DNA from: Truepera sp.
Lineage (GTDB): Bacteria; Deinococcota; Deinococci; Deinococcales; Trueperaceae
Direction: 5' to 3'
NCBI GenBank assembly: GCA_965218435.1
Contig: CBDCKW010000009.1
Span: 672,001 to 736,000, forward strand
Length of the DNA: 64,000 nucleotides
Below, in pieces: positions 1 through 8,959 of this stretch (its first letter is position 1; every line of letters starts with the position of its first letter). The notes under the pieces were generated by a model. That model did not search any database. It was given only the letters and a program-made list of their open reading frames with translations, and was not told where the DNA came from. Position numbers and translations under genes: made by a program.

Positions 1-509
1 CTGCACCTATCCAGGAAGCTGTCACCATCTTACCCAGCGGTCCGCTCGTCGCCAGCTTTCCGACCGTCCCGCTGACCAGCTACGAAGGCGGCGTCCAGCT
101 CTCCGCGCCGTTTCTGGCGCTACTGTTGGGTTTGGTCATCTACACGGCGTCATTTATCTCTGAAATTGTGCGTGGCGGTATCCAAGCGGTCAACAAAGGC
201 CAGCGTGAAGCGGCCAAATCGGTCGGCCTCAGTGACGCTCAGACTTTCAGGCTTATCGTTTTCCCGCAGGCGCTCCGTATCATCTTGCCCCCTCTCCTAA
301 GCCAGTACCTCAACCTCACCAAAAACTCGTCTTTGGCGCTCCTAATTACCTTTGTAGACTTTTTCGCCATCGGCCGGATTATCGGGAACCAGACCGGCGC
401 GACGGTGCCGATTATCGTCATCATTATCGGAGGGTATCTGCTCGTGAGTTTCGTCTTTGCGTTTATCCTTAACGTGGTCAACGCCCGGTTTGCGCTGGTC
501 GAACGGTGA
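1..509 (+). CDS. Polar amino-acid ABC transporter permease (AapQ/BztB-like), 5'-truncated by window edge
   Basis: Frame is open from base 3. EAA loop (SEIVRGGIQAVNKGQREAAKSVGL) and NLTKNSSLA motif. Overlaps the next permease by GTGA. Confidence 0.9.
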   Translation, partial: APIQEAVTILPSGPLVASFPTVPLTSYEGGVQLSAPFLALLLGLVIYTASFISEIVRGGIQAVNKGQREAAKSVGLSDAQTFRLIVFPQALRIILPPLLSQYLNLTKNSSLALLITFVDFFAIGRIIGNQTGATVPIIVIIIGGYLLVSFVFAFILNVVNARFALVER

Positions 510-1726
510 TCGAAGCGCGTCGCCCCCCAACTTTAGAAACCGGCGCAGCTGCGTGGCTCCGCCGCAACCTATTTGGTTCGGTTTTGAGCAGCGTCGCTAC
601 GGTTGTGATTGCAGCAGCTGCGGTTTACGTGTTGTACGAACTGCTTAGCTGGATCGTCTTGGCAGCGTCGTGGCAGCAGCTCTGGAACAACCTCAAGCTG
701 TTTGCGGTCTACCGCTACCCAGCTGATCTGCTGAGCCGACCGCTGGCAATCGCTGCGATGTTTATGGCGCTGTTAGGCGTGACGGCGGGGGCAGCTCAAG
801 AAGGCACCGGACGCATCGTCCGGGGTGTTTTTGTCCAGCTCTTTGTGCTCGTCGCCGTGCTAACGGTGCTTGGACTGCTCTACTGGGAGGCGGTGCGCTG
901 GGGCTGGTTGGCGGTCGCGGTTTCGGCTCTTGTCGGTTTTGCCTTTGGCCGACTGTTTCCCAAAGTCATGTCCGGGCTGTTATGGGCGTGGCTCGGGGCG
1001 CTCGTGATCGGGTTTCTGCTGCTATACGGCGTGCCGGGAATCCGCACTGGCGAGTGGCGCGTGGTTCCGACTCGTGAGTGGGGCGGGTTTATGCTTACGC
1101 TCATCTTGTCGGTTGTCGGCATCACCGTCAGTTTTCCGCTCGGTATCGCGCTCGCCCTCGGTCGTAGGAGCCGTCTGCCGACCATCAAATACGTCTGCAT
1201 CGCCTTTATCGAGGTGATTCGCGGTGCGCCGCTGATCACCTGGCTTTACATCGCCTCGCTGATGGTACCGCTGCTCCTCAACATCGACACCGACCGGGTG
1301 AGCGCACTTAACAAGGCGCTCGTCGCCCTGACGCTCTTTTCGGCGGCGTATATGGCCGAAAACGTGCGCGGCGGGTTGCAAGCTGTCGCTAAAGGGCAAG
1401 GGGAGGCGGCGCGGGCCTTGGGTCTCTCGGCGTGGCAGTCTATGCGGATGATCATCTTGCCGCAGGCGCTTAAAGCGGTCATCCCGGCGATTGTCGGACA
1501 AGCCATCGGGCTCTTTAAGGACACCTCGCTCGTGTTGATCGTCGGGTTACAAGACTTTTTTAATATTCACAACATCGTCGCGCAGCAACCGGCGTCGTTG
1601 CAAGTCCAGGGCGGGGTGAGGCTCGAGCTCTCCCTCTTTTTAGCCCTGATCTACTGGTTTTTCGCCTTTCGGATGAGCCGCGCGAGTCGGCAGCTCGAGG
1701 CTGAACTCGGTGTAGGCACGCGTTAA
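506..1726 (+). CDS. Polar amino-acid ABC transporter permease (AapM/BztC-like)
   Basis: Hydrophobic. WGGFMLTL, IEVIRGAPLI, AENVRGGLQAV..GQ.EAARALGL and FKDTSL motifs. Confidence 0.92.
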   Translation: MIEARRPPTLETGAAAWLRRNLFGSVLSSVATVVIAAAAVYVLYELLSWIVLAASWQQLWNNLKLFAVYRYPADLLSRPLAIAAMFMALLGVTAGAAQEGTGRIVRGVFVQLFVLVAVLTVLGLLYWEAVRWGWLAVAVSALVGFAFGRLFPKVMSGLLWAWLGALVIGFLLLYGVPGIRTGEWRVVPTREWGGFMLTLILSVVGITVSFPLGIALALGRRSRLPTIKYVCIAFIEVIRGAPLITWLYIASLMVPLLLNIDTDRVSALNKALVALTLFSAAYMAENVRGGLQAVAKGQGEAARALGLSAWQSMRMIILPQALKAVIPAIVGQAIGLFKDTSLVLIVGLQDFFNIHNIVAQQPASLQVQGGVRLELSLFLALIYWFFAFRMSRASRQLEAELGVGTR

Positions 1727-1744
1727 GACCATGAGGAGACAAGT

Positions 1745-2563
1745 ATGACTGTAACTGTCAACAAAAATGCCACCAGTAAATCCAGCGATTCCGTCCGGGC
1801 CGACGCGCCGCAGGGTGGACAAAAGATCATTGAAATTGACGACCTAAACAAGTGGTTCGGTGAGTTTCACGTCCTTAAAGACATCAATTTGTCGGTCAAC
1901 AAAGCTGAAGTGGTCGTCGTCATCGGGCCATCGGGGTCGGGTAAATCTACGCTGATTCGCTGCGTGAACCGGCTCGAGGAACACCAGCAGGGCCGCATCA
2001 CCGTAGACGGCGTTGAACTGACCGATGACGTAAAAAAGATTGACCAAATCCGCCGCGAAACCGGTATGGTCTTTCAGCAGTTCAACTTGTTTCCGCACCT
2101 GACAGTCATGGAAAACATCATCTTGGCCCCTGTCCGCGTGCGGAAGTGGAAACGCTCAAAAGCTGAAGAGCGGGCGCGGTACTTTTTGGAAAAAGTCGGC
2201 ATTCCCGAACAGGCTGACAAATATCCTGGTCAGCTTTCAGGGGGTCAGCAGCAACGTGTGGCGATTGCGCGGGCGCTCACGATGGAACCTAAAGTCATGC
2301 TCTTCGACGAACCGACTTCAGCTCTCGACCCTGAAGTTATCGGTGAAGTTTTGGAAGTCATGGTCAACCTTGCTAGAGAGGGTATCACCATGATTGTGGT
2401 GACGCACGAGATGGGCTTTGCTAGAGAAGTCGGTGACCGCGTGATCTTTATGGACCGTGGGCAAATCGTCGAGGTCGGCTCGCCTGAGCACTTTTTTAAC
2501 AACCCGCAAGAAGAGCGCACCAAGTCGTTTTTGTCGAAGATTTTGAAAGCGGCGAAAGATTAA
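1745..2563 (+). CDS. Amino-acid ABC transporter ATP-binding protein (AapP/GlnQ-like)
   Basis: Walker [16 protein letters not shown] signature, [27 protein letters not shown] upstream. Confidence 0.95.
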   Translation: MTVTVNKNATSKSSDSVRADAPQGGQKIIEIDDLNKWFGEFHVLKDINLSVNKAEVVVVIGPSGSGKSTLIRCVNRLEEHQQGRITVDGVELTDDVKKIDQIRRETGMVFQQFNLFPHLTVMENIILAPVRVRKWKRSKAEERARYFLEKVGIPEQADKYPGQLSGGQQQRVAIARALTMEPKVMLFDEPTSALDPEVIGEVLEVMVNLAREGITMIVVTHEMGFAREVGDRVIFMDRGQIVEVGSPEHFFNNPQEERTKSFLSKILKAAKD

Positions 2564-2825
2564 GAACTGTGTATGACAGAGAGAGACTTGGGGACAACTT
2601 TCCTCTAGGTTCCTCTCCGCAAGCTCAATGAAGTAAAGCGTCGTGTACATGCTAGGGTGACGTATGACTGACAACATCACCCTCGAGCCCGCGAATCCCG
2701 ATTGGCCGAGGTTGTTTGAAGAGGAAAAGGCGCGGCTGCTGGCTGACTTCGGTTCGCGCTTTATCGCCATCGAACACTCAGGCAGTACGGCGGTTACCGG
2801 TCTGGACGCGAAACCGGTCATTGAT

Positions 2826-3388
2826 AGTCCTCATAAATGGATTCAAACCCCCGTCTTCGAGACGGGCGACGCTTCAGCGTGTAAATTGCAGTGATGGAAC
2901 GCTATACCAAGGGAAGTCATACGCTGTACCACCACCGCTATCACTTGGTCTGGATCACGAAGTACCGCTATAGAGTGCTGAGGGGTGAGTTGCAGCGGCG
3001 AGTACGGACAATTATTGCTCAGGTAGCTGAAGAGCCAGGGGTCAAGATTCTGAATGGGGTGGTGTCGAGTGACCACATCCACCTGTTTGTGTCGATTCCA
3101 CCACACCTAGCCGTGAGCGAATTTATCAAACGGGCGAAGGGGCGGAGTTCAAGGAAAGTGCAACAGGAGTTTCCAGAGTTGAGGAAAAGGTATTGGGGAC
3201 GTCACTTTTGGGCGAGAGGCTACTTTAGCGCCACGAGTGGGAACGTGACCGATGAGATGATCGACGAGTACATCAACAACCACTACGATGCTCACAAGCA
3301 AAGCGGCGAGGAGAACATCTCTTTAGAGTGACCTCCGGCTTCCAGCCTAGCTCTTCAACCCACCGACTTCGAGTCGGTGGTGGTTAAG
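2826..3388 (+). mobile_element. IS200/IS605-family insertion sequence, TnpA only (about 563 bp)
   Basis: Subterminal hairpins CCCGTCT-TCG-AGACGGG (left) and CCACCGACT-TCG-AGTCGGTGG (3360-3380). No TIR and no target duplication. Inserted immediately 3' of TTGAT. Boundary is ambiguous by 1 nt. Confidence 0.92.
2894..3331 (+). CDS. tnpA: IS200/IS605 Y1 (HUH) transposase
   Basis: YHLVWITKYR, HUH motif DHIHL, KGRSSR, FWARGYF and C-terminal catalytic Tyr (EYINNH). Confidence 0.95.
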   Translation: MERYTKGSHTLYHHRYHLVWITKYRYRVLRGELQRRVRTIIAQVAEEPGVKILNGVVSSDHIHLFVSIPPHLAVSEFIKRAKGRSSRKVQQEFPELRKRYWGRHFWARGYFSATSGNVTDEMIDEYINNHYDAHKQSGEENISLE

Positions 3389-4102
3389 ATACTCGGCGGC
3401 GTGGCGTCAATGGACGAAGCCGACGCTCTATTAGAGCCGCTTTGTGCCGCCGGTTGGGACACGTCACCGGAATTTAACGCGACGCTTTCCGACCGGCGTT
3501 TTTTGCTGCGCTGGCCCAATGGAATTCGTACTCATCACCTGCATCTGGTCGTCTACGGTGGTGAGCCGTGGCAGCACCAACTCAAGTTTCGTGATTGTCT
3601 CCGGTCCTACCCAGAAATAGCTAGGAGTTACCAAGAGCTAAAGTACAACCTTGCAGTAACCCATAAAACTGACCGCTTTGCCTATACCGAAGCGAAAACA
3701 GCTTTTATCTCGAGTGTTTTAGAGGACCGCAGCTAAATCTCAGATAGCAGTTTAGGCCATTGTCAAAACGCTAGGTTTCTACCCGACCGAGCCGACAACT
3801 TCATCAAGGTCACAAGCGGCGTTACGTCAAACTTTTTGTCCAAAGATGCCCATAACGTTGTGGGCGCTTCTCTTCTTTACAGCCAGTGACGCGGCAGCAA
3901 GTCGCGGAGTTTCATCACCTGATTGTCCGGCATCGGCACACCCGCGTCGAAATTGCGTGAGCGAGGACCTAGCCCGGTCTCAGCGACTACGGAAACCGCT
4001 TTGTAAAATGGACTCAGAGACGCTAAATGGTACATCTCCGAGTCTCATCTGTGACAGTTGATGCTGAAACCAAGAAGTCGCACGGACCATGAGCTGGAGG
4101 TG

Positions 4103-4675
4103 TTACTTAACGCCCTGCGTTATGGTTTGTGAAATGGCTAAAGTGGGCTCGAGGAAAACATAGGTAGCACTGTAAGCGGTCCGCGTTTCTTCGCCTAGCG
4201 TTTCAGCGCTGCACCCGCTTGCTGGCGCAACGCCGCCCGCAGTATCTAAGCGCTGCACAAAGGTCGCGTTGCTAAGTAGCCCCTGCCCTCTCGTTTCGGC
4301 TTTGACTAACAGCCAAGGTACCGAGTTCGCGTCAGGACTGGGAACTTCGGCAAGCTTACTGCCGAGGATGCTCGAGCCGTCCGGAGCTGTCCAGTTGGGA
4401 CCGGCTCCGTGGCTGGCGACAAAGCCAGAAGCGTTCTCGAGCACCGCGTCGGGCGCAGTCAATGACCAAGCAGGAGCGGCACCTCCAACTTGCTGACAGG
4501 TATAAATCTGTACGCCGCGCCCGGTGGCCCGTAAAAACTCGGCGTTACCAGCTGGCGCAGCTAGCTCAGCTGGAACCACACCTGGTCCGGGGGTCGGGGT
4601 GGGTGTGGTCACCTCATCACCTTGACAGGCGGCGAGTGAAAGGCCCATTAGGAGCAGAGTAGCTAAACGTATCAT
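4103..4675 (-). CDS. DUF3455-family lipoprotein
   Basis: Lipobox LAAC. GRGVQIYTC, P.W...DGS, VPWLL, VQRLDTAGGVAP and YSATYVF motifs. GGAGG RBS. Confidence 0.8.
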   Translation of the reverse strand: MIRLATLLLMGLSLAACQGDEVTTPTPTPGPGVVPAELAAPAGNAEFLRATGRGVQIYTCQQVGGAAPAWSLTAPDAVLENASGFVASHGAGPNWTAPDGSSILGSKLAEVPSPDANSVPWLLVKAETRGQGLLSNATFVQRLDTAGGVAPASGCSAETLGEETRTAYSATYVFLEPTLAISQTITQGVK

Positions 4676-5015
4676 CAGGGGTACCTCCAGTAGAGGGGCT
4701 TCACAGGTTCGTTTCGTCCGCCGGTTAAATCCACTAGGATGTGAGCGCTGCGCGAGCGGTTTCCAAACGTTCCAGTGGGATAACGCTCGACCCTCCTTTC
4801 TTGACCTAGAAACGCACCGCCAAGTGTACGCACGGCGTGAGGCTGCAAGCTTAGCACTTAGACGGCAGCAGCAGGACTAAGTGAGCAGTACGGGCCGCAG
4901 TAAAGTAGCAGCTCGGCCACCGGTGCGGTGCAGTCTAAGTAGATATACACCGATATATGGGCCTTGGCTCCTTGACATATAGCGGGTATCCGCTGGGGAG
5001 CAGTGCCATAGATTT

Positions 5016-5073
5016 AGCTGACCAGCGCATACATTCTAAGATGGTACTTGTGTCAACCTCTTTTGGAAATGCT
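5016..5073. repeat. Dispersed 58-bp intergenic repeat, copy 1
   Basis: 50/58 identical, ungapped, to 57137-57194. Confidence 0.8.
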
Positions 5074-5111
5074 GATAGGTACTAAAGCCGTTATCAGCTC
5101 TTTTTAGCTTC

Positions 5112-6464
5112 CTAAGCCATCGTCAAAACGTTAGGCTTCCACGCCACCGCGCCAACCACGTCACCCGTCAAATCGTAAGCCGTCGCGCCCGTAACTTTGA
5201 CCTTGACGATATCGCCAATTTTTACGGTGCCGTCACCTATTGCAAAAACGTTGCCGTCAATCCCCGGCGCGTCAGCCTTTGTGCGCCCCACGAGGTCGCC
5301 GGGAAACTTGCCGTAATCGTCTACGATGACCTCGAGCACTCGCCCGACTTTGCTCCGGTTGATACTCAGGCTAATCTCTTGCTGCGCCGCCATCAGCCTT
5401 TCAAACCGTTCCTGTTTGACCTCTTCGGGTACCTGACCCGCGAAGCTGTTCGCCGCCGCACCCGGCACCTCGCTGTAGGTAAACGCGCCGACACGCTCGA
5501 GCCTCGCCTCGCCCAAAAAGTCCAGAAGCTGCGTGAAGTCATCTTCGGTCTCGCCGGGAAAACCCACGATAAAGGTTGAACGAATCGCCAGCTCCGGGCA
5601 GATGTCGCGCCATGCCTTAATCGTTTCTAAATGACTTTTTGCCCCGCCAGGTCGCCGCATCGCTTTTAAGATTTTGGGGCTCGCGTGCTGCAAAGGCACA
5701 TCTAAATAGGGGACAAGTCTGCCCTCAGCCATCAGCGGAATGAGCCCTTTGATGTGCGGATACGGGTAGACGTAGTGAAGCCGCACCCAGACGCCCATCT
5801 CAGCGAGTTCTGTGACGAGTGGGACGAGGTGCGCCCCGACCTGGCGGCCTTGAAACTCACTTTCTCTATGCCCAATATCCGAACCATATGCTGACGAGTC
5901 TTGCGCGATAACTAAAAGCTCTTTGGTGCCGCTCGCTGCCAGACGATACGCTTCGTAGAGCACGTCACCCGCGTCACGCGAAACTTGCAACCCGCGCATC
6001 TGCGGGATGATGCAAAACGCGCATTTGTGATTGCAGCCTTCGGCAATTTTTAGGTACGAATAGTGACGCGGCGTAAGCTTGACGCCTTGCGCCGGAACGA
6101 GGCTGGTAAAAGGGTTATCGTCTCGAGGCAGGGTACGGTGAACCGCGTCCATCACGCCGTCTACATCGGCCTGTCCGGTCACGGCTAAGACGCTCGGATG
6201 ACGCGCCATAATCTCTTCGGGGCGTTCACCCAAGCAACCTGTGACGATGACCTTGCCGTTTTGCTCCAACGCTTCTCCGATGGCACCCAAAGACTCTTCG
6301 ACGGCTGGGGTGATAAAGCCGCAGGTGTTGACGACGACGACTTCCGCTTCGTCGTAACTAGGAACGACGCTGTAACCCTCGGCGCGGAGCTGGGTGAGGA
6401 TGCGTTCGCTATCAACTAGGGCTTTGGGGCAGCCCAGGCTTACAAAACCGACTTTGCCAGACAT
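5112..6464 (-). CDS. rimO: Ribosomal protein S12 methylthiotransferase
   Basis: [18 protein letters not shown], radical-[11 protein letters not shown] and C-terminal TRAM domain. ATG at 6464 preceded by GGAG. Confidence 0.96.
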   Translation of the reverse strand: MSGKVGFVSLGCPKALVDSERILTQLRAEGYSVVPSYDEAEVVVVNTCGFITPAVEESLGAIGEALEQNGKVIVTGCLGERPEEIMARHPSVLAVTGQADVDGVMDAVHRTLPRDDNPFTSLVPAQGVKLTPRHYSYLKIAEGCNHKCAFCIIPQMRGLQVSRDAGDVLYEAYRLAASGTKELLVIAQDSSAYGSDIGHRESEFQGRQVGAHLVPLVTELAEMGVWVRLHYVYPYPHIKGLIPLMAEGRLVPYLDVPLQHASPKILKAMRRPGGAKSHLETIKAWRDICPELAIRSTFIVGFPGETEDDFTQLLDFLGEARLERVGAFTYSEVPGAAANSFAGQVPEEVKQERFERLMAAQQEISLSINRSKVGRVLEVIVDDYGKFPGDLVGRTKADAPGIDGNVFAIGDGTVKIGDIVKVKVTGATAYDLTGDVVGAVAWKPNVLTMA

Positions 6465-6552
6465 TAAAAACTCCACTCCGAAAAGACCAAGCAAATTACA
6501 CAACCGCCTAGTATATCGCGGAATGTGCTTTCCCGAGTCCTATACTTGTCCT

Positions 6553-7299
6553 ATGTCTATGTACGCACACTTTTTCAAAGAAGTATCAAAAAAATGTAAA
6601 AAAATTTTGGATGATAACCTTGCATACGATGTTAGATTAAATAGAGAAGTTACTCATATGTTGGCTTTAGCTAACGCGGCCATTGGGATACCGCTTGAGC
6701 GTTTGGAACTCAATCCTTTGTCTGGTGACAACAAACAGTATAGTGTCGCGCAGCAAGATTTTGCAGATTTGCTAGAAAGTAGCTATCTGCAATCACATCT
6801 GCATCAAAATGGTACGTGGTGTTATGGGAGGTGGAGCGGTAAGCCTAAAGAGTGGGAAAGTAGAGTCACTTATAGTTCTAAATTGATTGAGCTGCATTTT
6901 GAGAACTCTGGAAACCCGCCTACAGTCAAGATGTTCCTTAAACATCTTAGAAACGCTTTTGCTCATGGAAATCTGTTTTTCCGGGCTAAGTCGGGTGAGA
7001 TTACACAAGTTATATTTATCCAACAAGATTTTATAAAGGAAGAAATTGACGCTACAGTCAAAGCAGAATGCTCAAATTTGGCACTGTCTTTACAAGGTAA
7101 ACAGAGAAAAGCTTTGAAAAAAGCAATTAAGGATGCTGCTGTGTGGATAGAAGGTTACGCTTTCCTCAGTATTGCTCCTGAAGATTTCAGAAAATTTTTA
7201 TCCGCATGGTTTGAATATGTCAACAGCTTAAAAGTTGAAGATGAAGTCCTTAAACAAATTTACGGAGATGAGGTTGTTCTGGGTGAAGCCGCCGATTAA
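6553..7299 (+). CDS. HEPN-motif putative RNase (resembles the pEK499_p136-like HEPN group)
   Basis: Rx4H motif in FLKHLRNAFAHGN, followed by F....GEI..V.F. N-terminal EVTHMLAL...IPLE helix. AT-rich codons. TATACT lies 6 nt before ATG 6553. Confidence 0.7.
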   Translation: MSMYAHFFKEVSKKCKKILDDNLAYDVRLNREVTHMLALANAAIGIPLERLELNPLSGDNKQYSVAQQDFADLLESSYLQSHLHQNGTWCYGRWSGKPKEWESRVTYSSKLIELHFENSGNPPTVKMFLKHLRNAFAHGNLFFRAKSGEITQVIFIQQDFIKEEIDATVKAECSNLALSLQGKQRKALKKAIKDAAVWIEGYAFLSIAPEDFRKFLSAWFEYVNSLKVEDEVLKQIYGDEVVLGEAAD

Positions 7300-7786
7300 A
7301 ACTGCCTTCTATCCCTGTTGCGCTCGAGACTTTTTAGAACCGCTCGAGATACTCAGCAGCTATGTTGATGAAGTCATCTTTTGCGATCCCTATCCGCATT
7401 TGAAGACCGAGTTCATATCTTTGATGGCCCAAAGGGGTGAACGCCTACCCAATGCTCGCTTGATTTCGGATGGCGCAAGACGTGGAATAGAGACGCTCGA
7501 GCGTATAGATATTCTATTTTACCGAAGGGACAGTAGAGGAGAAGGAGGAAGCAACGTACTTGTTTTGGCCAAACCTTTTCTGCTTACAGTGCTCGAAAGA
7601 ATGCCGCCCGAAGGCGGTTTAATTATTACTGACGGTTCAAATCACGGCAATCACTATTATCAAAAAGCGTTGCGCCCGCAAGGGGTCAATAAATTTGGGT
7701 ATTATATGTGCGCTTTGCCTGAATCGGAGCAACCTTTTAGGAAAGAAAATCTGCACGTCATTAAAGTGAAGCTCGAACAACCTTGA
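7283..7786 (+). CDS. Hypothetical protein, predicted Rossmann / class I methyltransferase-like fold
   Basis: Strand pattern AFYPCCARD / VIFCD / IDILFYRRDS.GEGGS / GGLIITDGSN. Overlaps the upstream gene by 17 nt and the downstream gene by TTGA. Start could be GTG 7283 or ATG 7268. Confidence 0.6.
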   Translation: MKPPIKTAFYPCCARDFLEPLEILSSYVDEVIFCDPYPHLKTEFISLMAQRGERLPNARLISDGARRGIETLERIDILFYRRDSRGEGGSNVLVLAKPFLLTVLERMPPEGGLIITDGSNHGNHYYQKALRPQGVNKFGYYMCALPESEQPFRKENLHVIKVKLEQP

Positions 7787-8904
7787 TAAAATTTGCGGAG
7801 TTTTTCGCTGGAATTGGATTGGTGAGGCTTGGTCTCGAGCAGCGCGGTTGGACTTGTGCCTTCGCTAACGATATAGACCCTCGCAAGGCAGAAATCTACC
7901 GACGCAACTTCGGCGAAGATGACCTAATTGTTAAAGATATTGCTGAGTTAGAAGCGTACCGACTTCCAGAATTCGACGTTGCCACAGCATCTTTTCCATG
8001 TCAAGATTTGTCGCTTGCAGGAAAACGCGAAGGACTTGCGGGTAAACGGAGCGGTACATTTAACGACTTTGTACGAATACTCAGGGACCTCCGCTGGGAT
8101 GGACGCCAACCCCGCGGGGTCATCATCGAAAATGTCATGGGACTGTTGACCTCTCATGAAGGCCGAGATATTAGAACAGTGCTCAGTTCGCTGACATCGC
8201 TAGGATACACGGTTGATTTGCTAGTAGTTGACGCAGCGAGGTTTGTTCCTCAAAGCAGAGTAAGAGTTTTTGTAATAGGTCTTCAGGAAGCTAAGGCGAC
8301 CCAACCGAACGGTGTATTTGCAAAGGTGGCGCTTTCTCATGAACTGAGAGGCGCGAAGATTCGTGAAGTTTTCCTGGAAAACCGAGATATTCGCTGGGGC
8401 TTTTTAGATTTACCTACTCTACCCTCTCGGACCGTGAGGTCACTCGAAGATGTTGTCGAACAAGATATCAACGGTTTTACAGGAGAAAGGCTAGCAAAAG
8501 AGCTATCTTATATACGTGGTGGTAGCCGGTTACGGTTGGCTAAAGCTTTATCTACAGCACAGGTGACGGGAAGCCCAGTTTACTTAGCTGGATTTCGCCG
8601 TATGCGTGGCAACTTGGTTTCCTTAGAACTCCGTGACGACGGTATGGCAGGATGCTTGCGGGCTATAACCGGAGGAAGTAGCAAGCAACTTCTTATTCAG
8701 GCCAGACCAGACGGTTCGGTTGCGGTGCGGTATATGACTGCTCGCGAATATGCGAGACTTCAAGGCGTTCCCGATGACTTTTGGATTCCCGAAAATCAGG
8801 TAGCGGGGCTTCACGCCTTCGGCGACGCTGTTGCTGTGCCGGTTCTCGAGTGGCTCGGTAATATGGTTACTGACGCTTTCGCTGACGAGCTTGTACCGGC
8901 TTAA
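7783..8904 (+). CDS. C5-cytosine DNA methyltransferase, with no adjacent REase or Vsr
   Basis: Motif I FFAGIG, motif IV FPCQDLS, motif VI ENV, motif VIII QSRVR, motif IX/X REYARLQG..GDAV. Confidence 0.95.
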   Translation: MIKFAEFFAGIGLVRLGLEQRGWTCAFANDIDPRKAEIYRRNFGEDDLIVKDIAELEAYRLPEFDVATASFPCQDLSLAGKREGLAGKRSGTFNDFVRILRDLRWDGRQPRGVIIENVMGLLTSHEGRDIRTVLSSLTSLGYTVDLLVVDAARFVPQSRVRVFVIGLQEAKATQPNGVFAKVALSHELRGAKIREVFLENRDIRWGFLDLPTLPSRTVRSLEDVVEQDINGFTGERLAKELSYIRGGSRLRLAKALSTAQVTGSPVYLAGFRRMRGNLVSLELRDDGMAGCLRAITGGSSKQLLIQARPDGSVAVRYMTAREYARLQGVPDDFWIPENQVAGLHAFGDAVAVPVLEWLGNMVTDAFADELVPA

Positions 8905-8959
8905 ACCTTGAAACACTGTTGCTCAAAGATTATATCGTACTCTTGCTCAGTTCTCCGTT

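Larger units (their letters stand above)
2664..3736 (+). pseudogene. GrpB/UPF0157-family nucleotidyltransferase-fold gene interrupted by an IS200/IS605 element (halves 2664-2825 and 3389-3736)
   Basis: N-half has EHSGSTAVTGLDAKPVID. C-half has HHLHLV, FRDCLR and YTEAKTAFI. Joining 2825 to 3389 restores in-frame AKPVID-ILGGV, about 169 aa. Confidence 0.9.

Noticed and set aside
3331..3736. tnpB or omega-RNA downstream of tnpA
   Set aside because: The right-end hairpin follows tnpA within about 30 nt, and the downstream ORF is the C-half of the grpB-family gene with no RuvC motifs.
3846..4061. 71-aa plus-strand ORF, and a minus-strand fragment ending VMKLRDLLPRHWL reminiscent of cytidine deaminase C-termini
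   Set aside because: No RBS, no catalytic HxE/PCxxC motifs, and the similarity is too short to support a call.
5033..5056. TTGACA...TAGAAT on the minus strand within the 58-bp repeat as a sigma70 promoter
   Set aside because: The spacing is only 12 nt and both hexamers are altered in the second copy.
6394..6552. ORF-track N-terminal extension of the HEPN ORF (start 6394)
   Set aside because: It overlaps the start of rimO on the opposite strand. ATG 6553 with TATACT 6 nt upstream is far more plausible.
7783..8904. Classical type II restriction-modification system
   Set aside because: Neither neighbour shows a recognisable PD-(D/E)xK, HNH or GIY-YIG motif by eye. A highly diverged REase cannot be fully excluded without profile searches.
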